Shown here: in pieces, positions 1 to 13,028 of the stretch | How positions within the stretch are numbered: the stretch's first letter is position 1 | How the letters are laid out: each line of letters begins with the position of its first letter | NCBI GenBank assembly: GCA_030390025.1 | Contig: CM059432.1 | Location: forward strand, 66,962,001-67,026,000 | DNA: 64,000 nt | Reading direction: 5' to 3' | DNA from: Squalus acanthias | Lineage: Eukaryota | Position numbers and translations under genes: made by a program | The notes under the pieces: model-generated | Told to the model about the DNA's origin: nothing | Seen by the model: only the letters and a program-made list of their open reading frames with translations | The model's database searches: none

Positions 1-171
1 GATAAGACAGATTTTTGAATTATAGGGGAGTCAAGGGTTATGGGGAACGGGCAGGAAAGTGGAGTTGAGGCCAAGATCAGATCAGCCATGATCTTATTGA
101 ATGGCGGAGCAGGCTCGAGGGGCCAAATGGCCTACTCCTGCTCCTATTTCTTATGTTCTTATGTTCTTATG
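1..171 (+). mobile_element. CR1 LINE 3' end (HER1-like tail)
   Basis: 3'UTR ...gcaggctcgaggggccaaatggcctactcctgctcc followed by (TTCTTATG)3; closely similar to the tail at 34400-34493. Confidence 0.9.
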
Positions 172-1439
172 AAAGAGTCATGACAGCTGCCAGGGAATCT
201 GGCGCACACATGCATGATGATCTTTTTATGGTTGCAGACGAGCTGCACATTGAGGGAGTGGAAGCCCTTGCAGTTCACAAACACTCCTGGGTGATGATGG
301 GGTGCCTTCATGGCCACATGTGTGCTGTCGATGATGCCCTGCACCTGTGGGAAGCCAGCCAGTGCTGCAACATCGTGTGCCCGCTCAGTAACACTGGCTT
401 CATCAGTAGCAAAGTTGACATAATTGGCTGACTTGTGAAACATCGCATCGGTCACCTGGGTGATGCATCTGTGGGTGGCCGACTGCGAGATCCTGCAAAT
501 TTCTGCTGCAGATCCCTGAAAGGAGCCTAAGGCGAAGAAGTTGAGGGCGGTGGTGACTTTAAGGCATGTCCATCAGGACCTCTGGGCAGCAGGTCTTGTT
601 CCAGCAAGCTACAAATACCTGCGACGACCTGGCACGATAGCCTGAGCCTCCTTTGGCACTGCTGCTCAGTCATGTTGAGAAAGCTCATCCTCTGCCTGTA
701 TACCCTGTGTTGGGGGTATCACCTCTGATGCATTGCAGCCCTGTGGTGCCCCCCTCTCCTGTAGAACATCAGGTCATTGAGGAGAAGGCTGCTGTTGTGG
801 TTGCTGCTGCTGCTGGTGTGGCTGGTGTTGTTGGTGCTGCGGCTCATCTTGGTCTGATTCTGAGGTCCAAGGTGAGACAGCATAAGCAGCACCCATGCTG
901 ATGTAATTGATGGCAGGTAAAGTGGAGATCAAAGGCCCAATCCCTCAATATTGTGATAGTGAGTAGCAATGATGTGAGAGTGGCTTCTAAGGTTGCAAAA
1001 ATAGCACTGCAAACTCCTGACAGCTAAATCTCTGCTCAAGTAAGCAACAGCCTTTCCATTAGCCAACTAAGCAGGTGTAATGTGTGAGTATTTACATGTT
1101 TTTCCCAGCTGTCAATTAATGAACTCGCAAAATGACCACTGAGTTTCTGCCTCCCCTTCACAGGCGAGGTTCCCAAGGTGCATGCATCCCATGCTCCAGT
1201 AGTTAAAGTCCCAACCTGCTGTTAAAAGCCTCTTAAGGGTCTCTCAATAAGCATTTAAGTACTTCAATGAGGTCGCACGCCTCTGCCGAGCGGGTCCGTG
1301 TCGTACTGGGAAACGTGCCTGAGTTAAATGCGGAATTCGCGGGATGACAGCGGGTTCCTGACGCGCGGCCATTTTGGCGATTTTTTTCTGCTCACCCGCC
1401 TCCAAACCCGCTCACTCGGGCCTGGGAAAATTCCGGGCC
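172..1439 (-). mobile_element. PIF/Harbinger transposon, right part with decayed transposase 5' half
   Basis: Minus-strand HARBI1-like peptide ([15 protein letters not shown]...[13 protein letters not shown]...[10 protein letters not shown]); N-terminus MGAAYAVSPWTS starts near 896; terminus ggaaaattccgggcc followed by TAA; interrupted on the left by the CR1 tail. Confidence 0.85.
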
Positions 1440-2130
1440 TAAAGTCCCTTCGGGATCTGGGTTAGGTCGGTTGCTCTTCACTATTAATGATCTGGATGAT
1501 TAATATGCAAAAATGACGGACAGGAAAAGATCAGCTGTTCTATCAAGCTTGTCCCATACTGTTATAATGCAATGTAACGCCGTGAGCCTCATCGCTCCCC
1601 ACCCACCAGCACCAGGTAATCTGGGAGTCAATAAAACAGGAAAAACCATAAGCTAATTTGGGGGAGAGGGAAGAATCTGAGAAATTCTTCTCCAATCTCT
1701 GAAGGCTATCAAAACAAGTTACAGAAGACAAAGTCATTGGGAGACACATTGCCCAATACGCCATCTATCGTTTGTGCACTGATTTCAGCGATAGTTTGGA
1801 TTGTCCTCACAATGCATCCTAATACTGTGGTTTTTTTGCTACAGCCTTGCAGCAGTGGTCATAAATTTCAAGAGATTCATGTACTATAACAACTAGGTCT
1901 TTCTCCCATTCAACAGTCTTAAATTCATAGCCCTGCAAGGTATAAACATATTTGGTGTCAGCCCTACCCACATGCATAACACTGCATTTATCTTTATTAA
2001 ATTACGTCTGCCAAGTGTGGGCACATTTCCTCATTGTATTTTTCTCATCTAAGGTCCTGACACATGCACAAATATTTGTATCATCTGCAAACTTGCCTTC
2101 ATCCAGATCATTAATAAAGATTATAAAGAA

Positions 2131-3175
2131 TGTAGTAAAAATACATATGATAAATGAAAGATTTATATAAAAGGATAAAATCGGCTCTAGGGAGGTTGAA
2201 GCAAAAGGACTGCTGAGGTACACCTCAAGAGTGCAACAGAAGAACAGATCACCATAGGAACAACGGCAGCAGGTGCATGGGAACACCACCACCTCCAAGT
2301 TCCCCTCCAAGTCACACACCATCCTGACTTAGAAGTATATCGCCGATCCTTCATCACTGGGTCAAAATCATGGAACTCCCTCCCTAACAGCACTGTGGGA
2401 GTATCTTCACCGCACGGACTGCAGCGGTTCAAGAAGGCGGCTCACCACCACCTTCTCAAGGGCAATTAGGGATGGGCAATAAATGCTGGCCTTGCCAGCG
2501 ACGCCCACATCCCATGAACGAATAAGAAAAAAATGCTGAATCTGACTCCGGACCGGCTAAAGACCTACATAACTTGGCTGTATTAAAGAAATTGAAAGAA
2601 AAAAATGGCATGTCAATTAATCCTGGGGGCGTACTTGAAGAAGCCTATTGTTGGCAAACAACTGCCCCAGATGTGTGGTTCAAAAATAAAAGGACTATAA
2701 AAACCCAACCATGTGGGGAATAGGGGTTCTCTACCTCACTGCTCCCTCTACCTTTCTGCTTCTTTCAGATTGCTTCTGGCATGGCTGACTAGAACAGGAG
2801 ATAAAACCATGTGCTATACCACAACCCGTGCCCATCACGATATTTAGGGGACCTCGGCAAGCCTAAACCATAAATGAATATATATAAACTTTTGTTAAAG
2901 GGTTAGTCTAGGGTAGACTAGACTTTTGTTTTCCAAAAGGAAGTCAGAAGGAAGTCTTTCTTTTATTGTCAAAGCAATTCTAAATCGTGCATGAACGGAA
3001 GATGTTGTTTAATTCTAAGGGTTTTTTTGCAGTACATGATAAACCATTGTTTTCTTTACAAAGCTGTGGTTTATGTCTGGAGTTTCTTTAGGAAAAAAGC
3101 CCTCTAAGTTAAATATAAAATTAATTGTTTGGGGATAAAAAGGCACTTCCCCAAATTAAAGAATAAAATCCTACA
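2131..3175 (+). mobile_element. Solo LTR (TGTAG...CTACA)
   Basis: 5-bp inverted termini; flanks agaa (2127-2130) and agag (3176-3179) form a 4-bp TSD with one mismatch; removing it restores VLGPLLFIIFIND in the host RT; TATA-like actataaaaa near 2694. Confidence 0.75.
2257..2533 (+). mobile_element. 3' fragment of LINE family B inserted in the solo LTR
   Basis: Tail ...ctcaagggcaattagggatgggcaataaatgctggcc...catcccatgaacgaataagaaaaaaa, shared with 14345-14600 (minus) and 28030-28270. Confidence 0.85.
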
Positions 3176-3903
3176 AGAGCAATGGTCCTAACACCAATCC
3201 CTGTGGGACTCCACTAGGAACCGATTCCCACGCAGAACCACTATCATTAATAATAACCTTCTGCTTGCAAGAATGGAACCAAGTCATTATCCAACCCAAG
3301 ATCTTCCCACCAATCCCACCGAACGCTATCTTATTAAGTAGCCAATTGTGTGGCACCTTGTCAAAAGATTTTTTTAAATCCAGGATACTATGTCAACATC
3401 CACCGACCTGGAAGCTGCCTCAAAAAATTTAACCAGGTTGGTATTCTATAAGTCATATCTTTAATAGTTCCTCTTTCAAGGAGGTCATTTAAAGTATCTT
3501 CAAAATCCCTCTAGCAACTTGCCTATAACCAAAGGTAAGCTAATGGGCTTGTAATTTCCTGATTCTGACTTGTTGCCTTTTTTGAATATTGGCACCACAT
3601 AGGCCTCTCTCCAGTCCATGGGAACAATCCTACACCAGGGAGAGATGTTAAATACATAAGCAAAGGGCTCGTTGAGCACGGCTCCCAATTCTTTGAGCAC
3701 CCTTGGAAGAATGCCGTCAGAACCCAATCTGTTTTGAGACCCTTTATCCTAGCCAGGACTATATCCATATCCTTTCAATTTTAGAGTCCATTGTACAATG
3801 CATTATTGGTAGCTGTGATGCGGAGATCCCGGTGTTGGACTGGGGTGGACAAAAGTGAGAAGTCGCACAACACCAGGTTATAGTCCAACAGCTTTATTTG
3901 AAA

Positions 3904-3941
3904 TCACAAGCTTTCGGAGCGGCTGCTCCTTCGTCAGGTGA
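3904..3941 (-). ncRNA. Minimal hammerhead ribozyme motif (mirror copy)
   Basis: Exact reverse complement of 3949-3986. Confidence 0.75.
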
Positions 3942-3948
3942 AGTAACT

Positions 3949-3986
3949 TCACCTGACGAAGGAGCAGCCGCTCCGAAAGCTTGTGA
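3949..3986 (+). ncRNA. Minimal type I hammerhead ribozyme motif
   Basis: tcac-CTGACGA-a-ggagc(agcc)gctcc-GAAA-gc-TT-gtga: stem I, catalytic core, stem II and palindromic AAGCTT stem III. Confidence 0.75.
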
Positions 3987-4269
3987 TTTCAAATAAAGCT
4001 GTTGGACTATAACCTGGTGTTGTGCGACTTCTCATTATTGGTAGCTGACCATTGTGTTCTGGAGATCACTTGAATCTGCTCCAAAGAATCCTTCAACTGC
4101 CTGATATAATCCTTAATGGTCCTCTGACTTCGAACGTAGCCAAAACAAATTTGTCATTGCTACTAGTTATTCACTGTTTTCTTCTCCACTGACCTTTCGG
4201 CTGCTCCGACAGCAGCTTTTGTTGTCTTAAGCTGAGCTTGACATTATCCCTGTTCTCCTGAGAACTGTT

Positions 4270-4658
4270 CAAGGGAAGAGTCCAGAAATTTGCTGATAGC
4301 ACAAAGTTTTGTGTGGGAGTTAGGTTAGTTGATGAAATAAATAGTCTGCAGGCGGATCAGGACGCATTGAGGAATGGACCCATGTGCTGTAGATTTATTT
4401 CAATGTGGATCAGTGCAGCGTAATGCATGTGGCCTGGGATAATTCCAGACATGTATACAGCATGTAGGATCATTCACTCAACACTGCTGAGCAGGAGGAC
4501 CTACGAGTTATAGTTCATGAAATATTTAAGGTACATATGAGGCTGTTATGAAAGAGAACAGGGTGTTAGAGTGTTTATCTAGGAGAATTAAATATAAAAC
4601 TGGAAGAACAATTCTTACCTTGTGCCAAGGCTTAGGTTCGGTCACATGTCAAATACTG
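4270..4658 (+). mobile_element. Highly decayed CR1 RT fragment
   Basis: Remnants such as KFADSTK and FNVDQCSVMH. Confidence 0.6.
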
Positions 4659-5272
4659 AATCATAGAGTCATAGAATAGTACAGCACAGAAGGAGGCCTT
4701 TCGGCCCAACGAGTCTGCGCTGGCTCTTTTGAAGAGCAATCCAGTTAGTACCACTCCCCCGCTTTTTCCCCATATCCCTGCAACTTTTTCTCCTTCAAGT
4801 ATTTATCCAATTCCCTTTTGAAGGCTACTATTGAATCTGTATCCACCACCCTAGCAGGCAGTGCATTCCAAATCCTAACCACTCGCTGCATAAAAAAAAA
4901 AATCCTCATGTCGTCTCTGGTTCTTTTGCCAATCACCTTAAATCTGTCACTTCTCATTATCGACCCTTCAGCCATTGGAAACAGTTTCTCTTGATTTACT
5001 CTATCTAAATCCTTCATGATTTTAAACACCACTATCAAATCTCCTCTTAGCCTTCTCTGCTCTGAGGAGAACAACCCCAGCTTCTGAAGTCTATCCATGT
5101 AACTGTAATCCCTCATCCCTGGAATCTTTCTAGTAAATCTCTTCTGTACCCTCTCCAAAGCCTTCATGTCCTTCCTAAAGTGTGGTGCCCAGAATTGGAC
5201 ACAATACTCCAGCTGGGGCTGAACTAGTTTTTTATATAGGTTTGGCATAACTTCCTGGCTTTTGTACTCTAA
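4659..5272 (-). mobile_element. CR1 LINE 3' part (continues at 11629-12165)
   Basis: RT C-terminus LVQPQLEYCVQFWAPHFRKD plus CR1 tail; sequence gtactct|atgcctct resumes after the Harbinger insertion. Confidence 0.9.
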
Positions 5273-6094
5273 GGGAGAAAAATTTGTCCCACTAGCACCT
5301 CCTGTTAGCGCCAGTAGATGGCGGTAATGGGGCACCAGACCAGTATCGCCGGGGAGAGGCGAATCCAGTGGCACACGCCAAATCCGGCTCCCCGTAGCGC
5401 TGCCGGTAAGTGGTATCACCGGGAACATCAACGCAACGCTCACTGACTGTCCAATTTGCTAAATTGATTCTTGCCACCCAGCTCAGCGCCTGGAGTAAAC
5501 ACCGACAGGGAAAGTTGGTGTGCAGCACCAGGAAGCCGGCTCCAGGGACGTTATTTAAAGGGATCATCAGTAATCACTTGCAGCTGTCAGGTTAGTGCAG
5601 TTTCAGTATTTTTTGTTAGTTTCATGAACTGCAACAGTTTCATTCAGTAATTTCAAGGTTCTTTTGTAGCAGGAGTCTTCTGGAAACTAAAAAGTAGCTA
5701 CAGTTATTCTTCAAAGATTCAAACTGCTACACTTGGTAATATTAATGGGGGCTGTACTGGCATGCCAGCTCACCCTCCAGGATCTATGGCAGAGGGAGCG
5801 TAGGCAGCGAGAAATATGGGAACATGTGCACATAGAGGTGAGGAGGGATATCAGGGCTCTCACCAGGAGGTCTTACCCTCCGAGGGTATTCCGAGAGCAC
5901 TTCTCCTACCTTCAATAAAGTGTATTAAATGGCACCGCCTCACCAAGGAGGTGGTCACAGAACTCTGCCACCTCCTCCAAGAGAACTCTAGCCTCACACC
6001 AAGATGAATTAAATCACAGATCCCTATTGCTCACCACATCACCATCATTACATCCCTCTCACAGGCCATATCACGCCGCAAAGCTGAAATAACA

Positions 6095-9000
6095 GACAAC
6101 AGGAATAGGAGGTTAGAGCAGATGAATGCGTGGCTAAAGAGTTGGTGCAGGAGGGAGGGCTTTAGTTTCCTGGATCACTGGGTCTGCTTCTGGGGAAGGT
6201 GGGACCTGTACAAGTCGGACGGGTTGCACCTGAACCGGAACGGGACTAACATCCTTGTGGGGAGGTTTGCTAGTACTATTGGGGGGGGTTTAAACTAACT
6301 TGGCAGGGGGATGGGATACAGAGTGGAGCTATAGTAGGGGGTGATGCACAGCAAAATATAGAGGAAAAAACAAGTCAGCCTGGAAGGCAGAGCAAATATG
6401 TAATGGCACAAGGGAGTATGGCAAGGCTGGATGGCATTTATTTTAATGCAAGGAGTCTTACGAGTAAGGCAGATGAATTGAAGGTGTTGATGAACACATG
6501 GGAGTATGATATTGTTGCTATCACAGAGACATGGTTGAGGGAAGGGCAGGACTAGCAGCTCAATATTCCAGGGTATAGAATCTTCAGGCGAGACAGAGGG
6601 GGGTGTAAAAGAGGAGGGGGTGTCGCAATATTAATCAAGGAGTCAATTACTGCTGTAAGGAGGGATGATATCTTAGCAGGTTCCTCTAATGAGGCCATAT
6701 GGATAGAACTTAAAAACAAAAAGGGGGCAAGCACTTTGCTGGGAGTGTACTATAGGCCCCCAAACAGTCACGGGGAGATAAAGGAACAGATATGTAGGCA
6801 AATCTCAGAGAAGTGTAGAAATAATAGGGTAATAATAGTAGGGGATTTCAACTTCCCCAATATTAACTGGGATAGTCAGAGTGTGAAAGGCTTAGAGGGT
6901 GCGGAATTCTTAAAGTGCATCCAGGAGAGCTTTTTGAGCCAGCATGTAGGAAGTCCTACAAGAGAGGGGGCGGTACTGGACCTAATTCTAGGGAATGTAG
7001 CCAGGGCAAGTGATAGAAGTGTCAGTAGGAGAGCATTTTGGTGACAGTGACCATAATTCGGTGAGATTTAAGGTAGTCATGGAAAAGGACAAAGATGGAC
7101 TGGAAATAAAGGTTCTAAATTGAGGGAAGGCCGATTTTAATATGATAAGGCAGGATCTGGCCAAAGTGGACTGGGATCAGCTACTTGTAGGAAAATCCAC
7201 ATCAGAGCAGTGGGAGTCTTTCAGAAAGGAAATAGAGAGAGTACAATGCCAACATGTTCCCGTAAAGGTCAAGGGTGGCACCAACAAACCCAGGGAACCC
7301 TGGATGTCAAGGTATATACAAGAATGGATTAGGAAAAAAAGGGAGGCTTTTGGCAGATACAAAGGACTAAAAACAGTGGAAGCCCTAGAGGAGTATACAA
7401 AGTGCAGGGTGGTACTTAAAAAAGAAATTAGGAGAGCGAAGAGGGGGCATGAAAAAACACTGGTGGGCAAAATAAAGGAAAATCCCAAGGTGTTTTATAA
7501 GTGTATTAAGGGCAAGAGGATAACCAGGGAAAGAGTAGGGCCCATTAAGGACCAAAGTGGCAATCTGGGTGTAGAGCCGGAAGATGCAGGTGAGGTTTTA
7601 AATTAATATTTTGCATCTGTGTTCACTATGGAGACGGATGATGCAGGCATAGAAATCAAGCAGGGGGATTGTGATATACTTGAACAAATTAGTACTGAGA
7701 GGGAGGAGGTACTAGCGGTTTTAACGGGCTTAAAAGTGAATAAATCCCCAGGCCCTGATGAGATGTATCCCAGGCTGCGGTGTGAGGCAAGGGAGGACAT
7801 TGCAGGGGTTCTGACACAAATTTTCAGAATCCAGAGGACAGGAGAACAGCTAACATAGTACCCTTATTCAAGAAGGGTAGTAGGGATAAACCAGGGAATT
7901 ACAGGCCAGTGAGCCAACAACAGTGGTAGGGAAATTATTGGAAAAGATTCTGAGGGACAGAATTAGTCTCCACTTGGAGAGGCAAGGATTAATCAAGAAT
8001 AGTCAGCATGGCTTTGTCAGGGGGAGATCATGTCTAACCAATTTGATTGAATTTTTCGAGGGGGTGACTAGGTGTGTGGATGAGGGTAGTGCAGTTGATG
8101 TAGTCTACATGGACTTCAGTAAGGCTTTTGACAAAGTCCCGCATGGGAGACTGGTCAAGAAGTTAAGAGCCCATGGGATCCAGGGCAATTTGGCACATTG
8201 GATCCAAAATTGGCTTAGTGGCAGGAGGCAGAGGGTGATGGTCGAAGGTTGTTTTTGTGACTGGAAGCCTGTGTCCAGTGGCGTACCGCAGGGATTGGTG
8301 CTGGGTCCTTTGCTGTTTGTAGTGTACATTAATGATTTAGATATGAATGTAGGAGGTTTGATCAGTAAGTTCGCAGATGACACGAAAATTTGTGGAGTGG
8401 TAAATAGCGAGGAGGGAAGCCTCAGGCTACAGGACGATATAGATGGGTTGGTTAGATGGGCAGAACAGTGGCAAATGGAATTTAACCCTGAAAAGTGTGA
8501 GGTGATGCATTTTGGGAGGACTAACAAGGCAACGGAATACACAATGAATGGTAGGATCCTAGGAAGGACAGAGGATCAGAGGGACCGTGGTGTGCATGTA
8601 CATAGATCCCTGAAGGCAGCAGGACAGGTAGATAAGGTGGTTAAAAAGGCATATGGGATACTTGCCTTCATTAGCCGAGGCATAGAATATAATAGCAGGG
8701 AGGTTATGATGGAGCTGTACAAAACGTTAGTTAGGCCACAGCTGGAATACTGTATACCGTTCTGGTCGCCACACTATAGGAAGGATGTGATTGCATTGGA
8801 GAGGGTGCAGAGGAGATTCACCAGGATGTTACCTGGGCTGGAGCGCTTCAGCTATGAAGAGAGACTGGACAGGCTGGGGTTGTTTTCCTTAGAGCAGAGA
8901 AGGCTGAGGAGGGACCTGATTGAGGTGTACAAAATTATGAGGGTCACAGATAGGGTAGATAGAAAGGAACTTTTCCCTTAGTAGAGGGGTCAATAACCAG

Positions 9001-9289
9001 GGGGCATAGTTTCAAGGTAAGGGGCAGGAGGTTTAGAGGGGATTTGAGGAAAAACTTTTCCACCCAGAGGGTGGTTGGAATCTGGAACTCACTGTCTGAA
9101 AGGGTGGTAGAGGCAGGAACCCTCACAACATTCAAGAAGCATTTAGATGAGCACTTGAAATGCCATAGCATACAAGGCTATGGACCAAGTGCTGGAAAAT
9201 GGGATTAGAATAGACAGGGCTTGATGGCCGGCGCGGACACGATGGGCCGAAGGGCCTCTTTCTGTGCTGTATAAATCTATGACTATGAC
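6095..9289 (+). mobile_element. 5'-truncated CR1 LINE (ORF1 end, endonuclease, RT), frameshifted
   Basis: APE motifs YRPPNS and GDFNFPNINW; RT ORF 7923-8981 with QHGF, DFSKAFD, GVPQG and FADD; ctatgactatgac tail. Confidence 0.95.
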
Positions 9290-9389
9290 CACAAAAGAAT
9301 GCTAAGTGAATTAATAAATTTATCAAAAATCAGTGAACACATATTTGCACCATAAATATTAACTATTCACCCTTGTGCAATCCCTTAGT

Positions 9390-11269
9390 GCCTCTCGTTA
9401 CTGAGCCTTTGCCTACTCTCGTGCTCTGACGAAGTGTTGGCCCAGTGGCTGCAGCATGGTGGGTGGAAGGCTGCTGAATGTCCATGCGGGAGACTTCAGA
9501 TGGCCTTGCAGTACACCCTCAACCAGCTCTGGGCCTGGAAAGCCTGGTTGTAGACTGCATCACCTCAGCATGAGTGGCAGCAGTCTGAGCTGGCTAGATG
9601 ACAGGCAGCAACAAGGGCAATGGCAGAGTGCCAGTGGTGGGAGCAGGAATGCTGTCATCCTGAGAGAGGACAGCAGATTCCAGCTCCACTGACCCACTGC
9701 CACTCCCCCGGGGCAACACCTCAGCATCACTAGCAATCTGATGGAGCACAGATTGCTGGCCTGCTGCCACACCGTGAAAGCCCCGGTCGATGGTGGTAGA
9801 CTCAGCCACGATGGCAGCAGTCAGAGTTTGCGTGGCATCAAGCTGAGACTGCATGAGAGCGGTCTGAGATTGGATGCCACCAAGCATTGACTGCATTACA
9901 GCACTAAGGCATTTCGTCACTTCCGCCTGTGCTGCAATGGAAGCTGCCAGATCGCCAATCACACGTGGCATCAGGTCTGGGTCGCCACGTTCTCTCTGGG
10001 AGTCTACCATCCTTTGCAGACTGGAAATTATGGGCTCCATGGTGTGCACAGAGCCTTGTGCAATGTTGGAGGCGGACTCCTCCACGCTCCTTACCATTGG
10101 CGAGAGGCTCTCGGGCACCCTTGCCATTGCACCTATCATTTCCGTTTGCATGCCCATCACCCTTCTTTTAAACGCCTCCCCATCGAGGTCCTCATCAGAG
10201 TCCTGTGCAGCAGAACTCACGCGCAAACTCGCTCTCCGAGGAGTTGGCCCCTGAGCTACCCTTTCCCCCTGGCCTTGCTGCAGCCCACTCCTCCCCGGTG
10301 CCTCACCCTGTGCAGATCCTGCTACTATACTAGCCTCTAAAGAACCCTTAATGCCAGTATCTGAGCTGTTGTCTGCAGGTGAGAAATGTAATGATGTGGT
10401 GTTTTCTTCCTCCTCCTCTTCTCCTGCCTCGCTCTCTACAGTGCCCTCAGGGACAGGCTGCTCAGGTGCTTGCTGATTATCTGAAAGCATAAAGGCACAA
10501 GAGTCAGGTTAAGGTGAGGGGAGAGGTACAGAAAGGGAGAAATGCATGCATACAGCATGATTAGCTGGAAAGTGCGAAACGCTTGTGTGGTGAGGGGGAA
10601 GTGGGATGTGAGAAGAAGGAGTAGGGATGAACATACCATTGTTGTAACCAAGGGGTTCAACGTCACCGTTGGCCAGGGTGCCCACCACCTGGCACCCAAT
10701 GATTTGCAGCACTCGATTCTCCAGCGCAGACAGTGGTTGGGTGTTGGCTTGTCCCCGGCTTGTGCGCTCCTGCTCCCTCCTGTTGTGAGCCACCTTGGCC
10801 TGCAAGAGAAAAGAAAGTGTGTGAGTGAGTGTGGAGCAATGTGTTTGGGTGATGTACCTGCCATAGTTGAATAGCTGTCATTGTGTGCAAGGTGTGAGAT
10901 GTGGGTGTAAGTGTTGGTAGGTAGAGATTGTTGGTGAGTGAGTGCTGGGGGTGTGGTGCATTGAGCAGTTTGTAAAGATTGTGGTACAGATGGTGGTATG
11001 TAGCATTTGTTGAACCATTCACTGACCCTGACCACCCGAGTGAAGTCATTAAATTTCTTCCTGCACTGTGTGCGGGTCCTGGGGACCACAGTGCTGCCTG
11101 AGACGTGCTGTGTTACCTCACTCTACATTGTACGGAAGACTTGTGGTGAGGGCCTCCTCTCACTTGCTGGGTAGAGCACCGCCCTCTATCTCCCCACAGC
11201 GAAAACCAATGCCTCCAATGCTTCATCGGAGAATCTGCGGGCTCTCTCCCTGGGGCATGGACCTACCAT
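9390..11269 (-). pseudogene. Harbinger Myb/SANT-like DNA-binding protein gene, 3 exons
   Basis: Exon 1 11269-11027 (RERARRFSDEALEALV...RTRTQCRKKFNDFTRVVR), exon 2 10799-10637, exon 3 from 10480; GT-AG introns; premature stops at about 11186 and 9594; 3' end approximate. Confidence 0.8.
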
Positions 11270-11628
11270 GAGCAGACCTGGTTCAGTCCTCCAGCTCCTT
11301 CTCCTTGTTCTGCTTCTGCTTGCTGAGGCAGCTGCACAGCCAGTATTGCTGAGAATGAGGTGCTGCAGCATCAATGAACCTCCCCTTTAAGTAGTGATAA
11401 AAGCTTGTGGCAATGATAATTTGCGATTAGACTGCACCCGATATTGGTCCATTCTTTGAGTCTAACGTCAATGAGCTTGGGTTTTAAGACTTGATTTAGG
11501 ACTCCAATCATTTTATTGAGCAGTGAGCACGAATTTTGCGTGCAGTCTAGAGCATTTGCACCTGACGCTAATTCTCCAACTTTTGTACTGTCACTGCCCA
11601 TTCCTTGGTTATAACGAATTTCTAGCCC

Positions 11629-12165
11629 ATGCCTCTATTTATAATGTCCAGGATCCCATATGCTTTATTAGCTGTTTTGTTAACCTGTGCTGCCACCTTC
11701 AAAGATTTGTGAACAAGCACCCCCAGGTCTCTCTGTTCTTGCACTCCCTTTAAAATTGTATCATTTAACATGTATTGTGTTTCCTCATTCTTCCTACCAA
11801 AATGAATCACCTCACACTTGTTTGCATTGAATTTCATCTGCCATGTGACTGCCCATTCCACCAGCCTGTCTATATCCTCTTCAAGTCTATTACTATCTTC
11901 CTCAGTGTTTGCTACACTTCCAAGTTTTGTGACATTTGCAAATTTTAAAATTGCGCCCCGTACCATCAAGTCCACGTCATTAATGGACATCAAAAACAGC
12001 TGTGATCCTAGTACTGAACCTTGGGGAACTCTGCTGTATACCTCCCTCCAGTCCAAAAAACAGCCATTCACCACAGCTCTCTGTGTTCTATCCCTTAGCC
12101 AATTTTGTATCCGTGCTGCTACTGCCCATTTTATCCCATGGGCTTCAATTTTGCTAACAAGCCGA
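11629..12165 (-). mobile_element. CR1 RT fragment (5' continuation of 4659-5272)
   Basis: ORF 11622-12182 with VPQGSVLG and QMKFNANKCEVIHFG. Confidence 0.9.
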
Positions 12166-12861
12166 ACGTCGTACTTTAACAAATGATGATAAAGGATGTC
12201 AAGTAAATTATGAAGTATAAAGTCTTTGCTGAACTCATCAATTCTTTATAAAATGTTTAAACATACCTGGCATAATTTAAAAAACACACATCCTTTTGCA
12301 GCTCTCCTTGATATTGAATTTTATAACCACCCCACCTATGGCAAAAATAAATCCGCCATTCCTCTAGGTATTTTTAAAAATGACTGTTCTGGCAGCGCCT
12401 GGAGTGCTGTATACTGCACCATGCTAAAGAGGAGCCATCCTGGCATGGAGAGAACACAATGAAGCTTAGATTAAATTGATGCATTTCCATCATGGGAATT
12501 GGGTGAGCAACCTGGAGCATTGAGAGCCATTGTTATAGGGGGAGAGGCAGCCCTGGAACATCCAGAGCTGGCAGCAAGAGGGAGAGTGGTCCTGAAGTTT
12601 TTGGAGCTGGTATGCAGGGAGAGGAGCAAAGTGTGCACATACACTCCCACACAAATTCTTTCACGCAATAGGACAAGAGAGAGCCACAGGACAGAGAACA
12701 AAGCACAGACATACTCAAGGTCACAGAGAGTGAACCATGGATCTACCCGCTGAAAGACAGAAAACCACAGCTCTACATTGAGACAGAGAGGGAAAAAAAC
12801 ATAGCTAGACACTGCGACAGAGATCTGCATTTTGCATCAACAAAATTAGCTATTCCTACCC

Positions 12862-13028
12862 TTGAAGGGAATTGGATAGTTGCTTCCAAAAGAAGAATAT
12901 TAAAAGATATGGGAAGTGATCAGGAGAGTAAGATTAGACTTGGGTGTCTTATCTGAAAAAAAACACTGGTGCAGCCTTAATGGGCCACATTTCTTGTTTC
13001 TGTGCTGTAACATTCTATGATTCTGTGA
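12862..13028 (+). mobile_element. Old CR1 3' tail
   Basis: Ends in cattctatgattctgtga, the CR1 octamer tail. Confidence 0.65.

Larger units (their letters stand above)
1505..3800 (-). mobile_element. Old CR1-group LINE (RT and 3'UTR) split by a solo LTR
   Basis: RT motifs IPMDWREAYVVPIFKKG, GVPQGLVLGPLL and FINDLD..KFADDT in minus ORFs 3500-3727, 3171-3356 and 2002-2322. Confidence 0.8.
3816..4032. mobile_element. Penelope-like element terminal-repeat insertion, inverted duplication
   Basis: Perfect palindrome 3856-4034; direct repeat cattattggtagctg at 3801-3815 and 4033-4047; same terminal sequence as the PLE at 18478-18915. Confidence 0.85.
5273..11628. mobile_element. Harbinger family A element (transposase stub on +, Myb/SANT gene on -), containing a CR1
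   Basis: Termini gggagaaaaattt / gaatttctagccc interrupt a CR1; transposase stub MGAVLACQL...RVFREHFSYL at about 5745-6007; homologous to 52164-55010 in the opposite orientation. Confidence 0.85.

Noticed and set aside
4745..5443. 232-aa chimeric ORF
   Set aside because: Chance read-through from a Harbinger end into the CR1 RT C-terminus
12715..12749. Possible minus-strand micro-exon (ttttctgtctttcag...gtatgt)
   Set aside because: Splice-like signals only; peptide not recognised; would need RNA-seq
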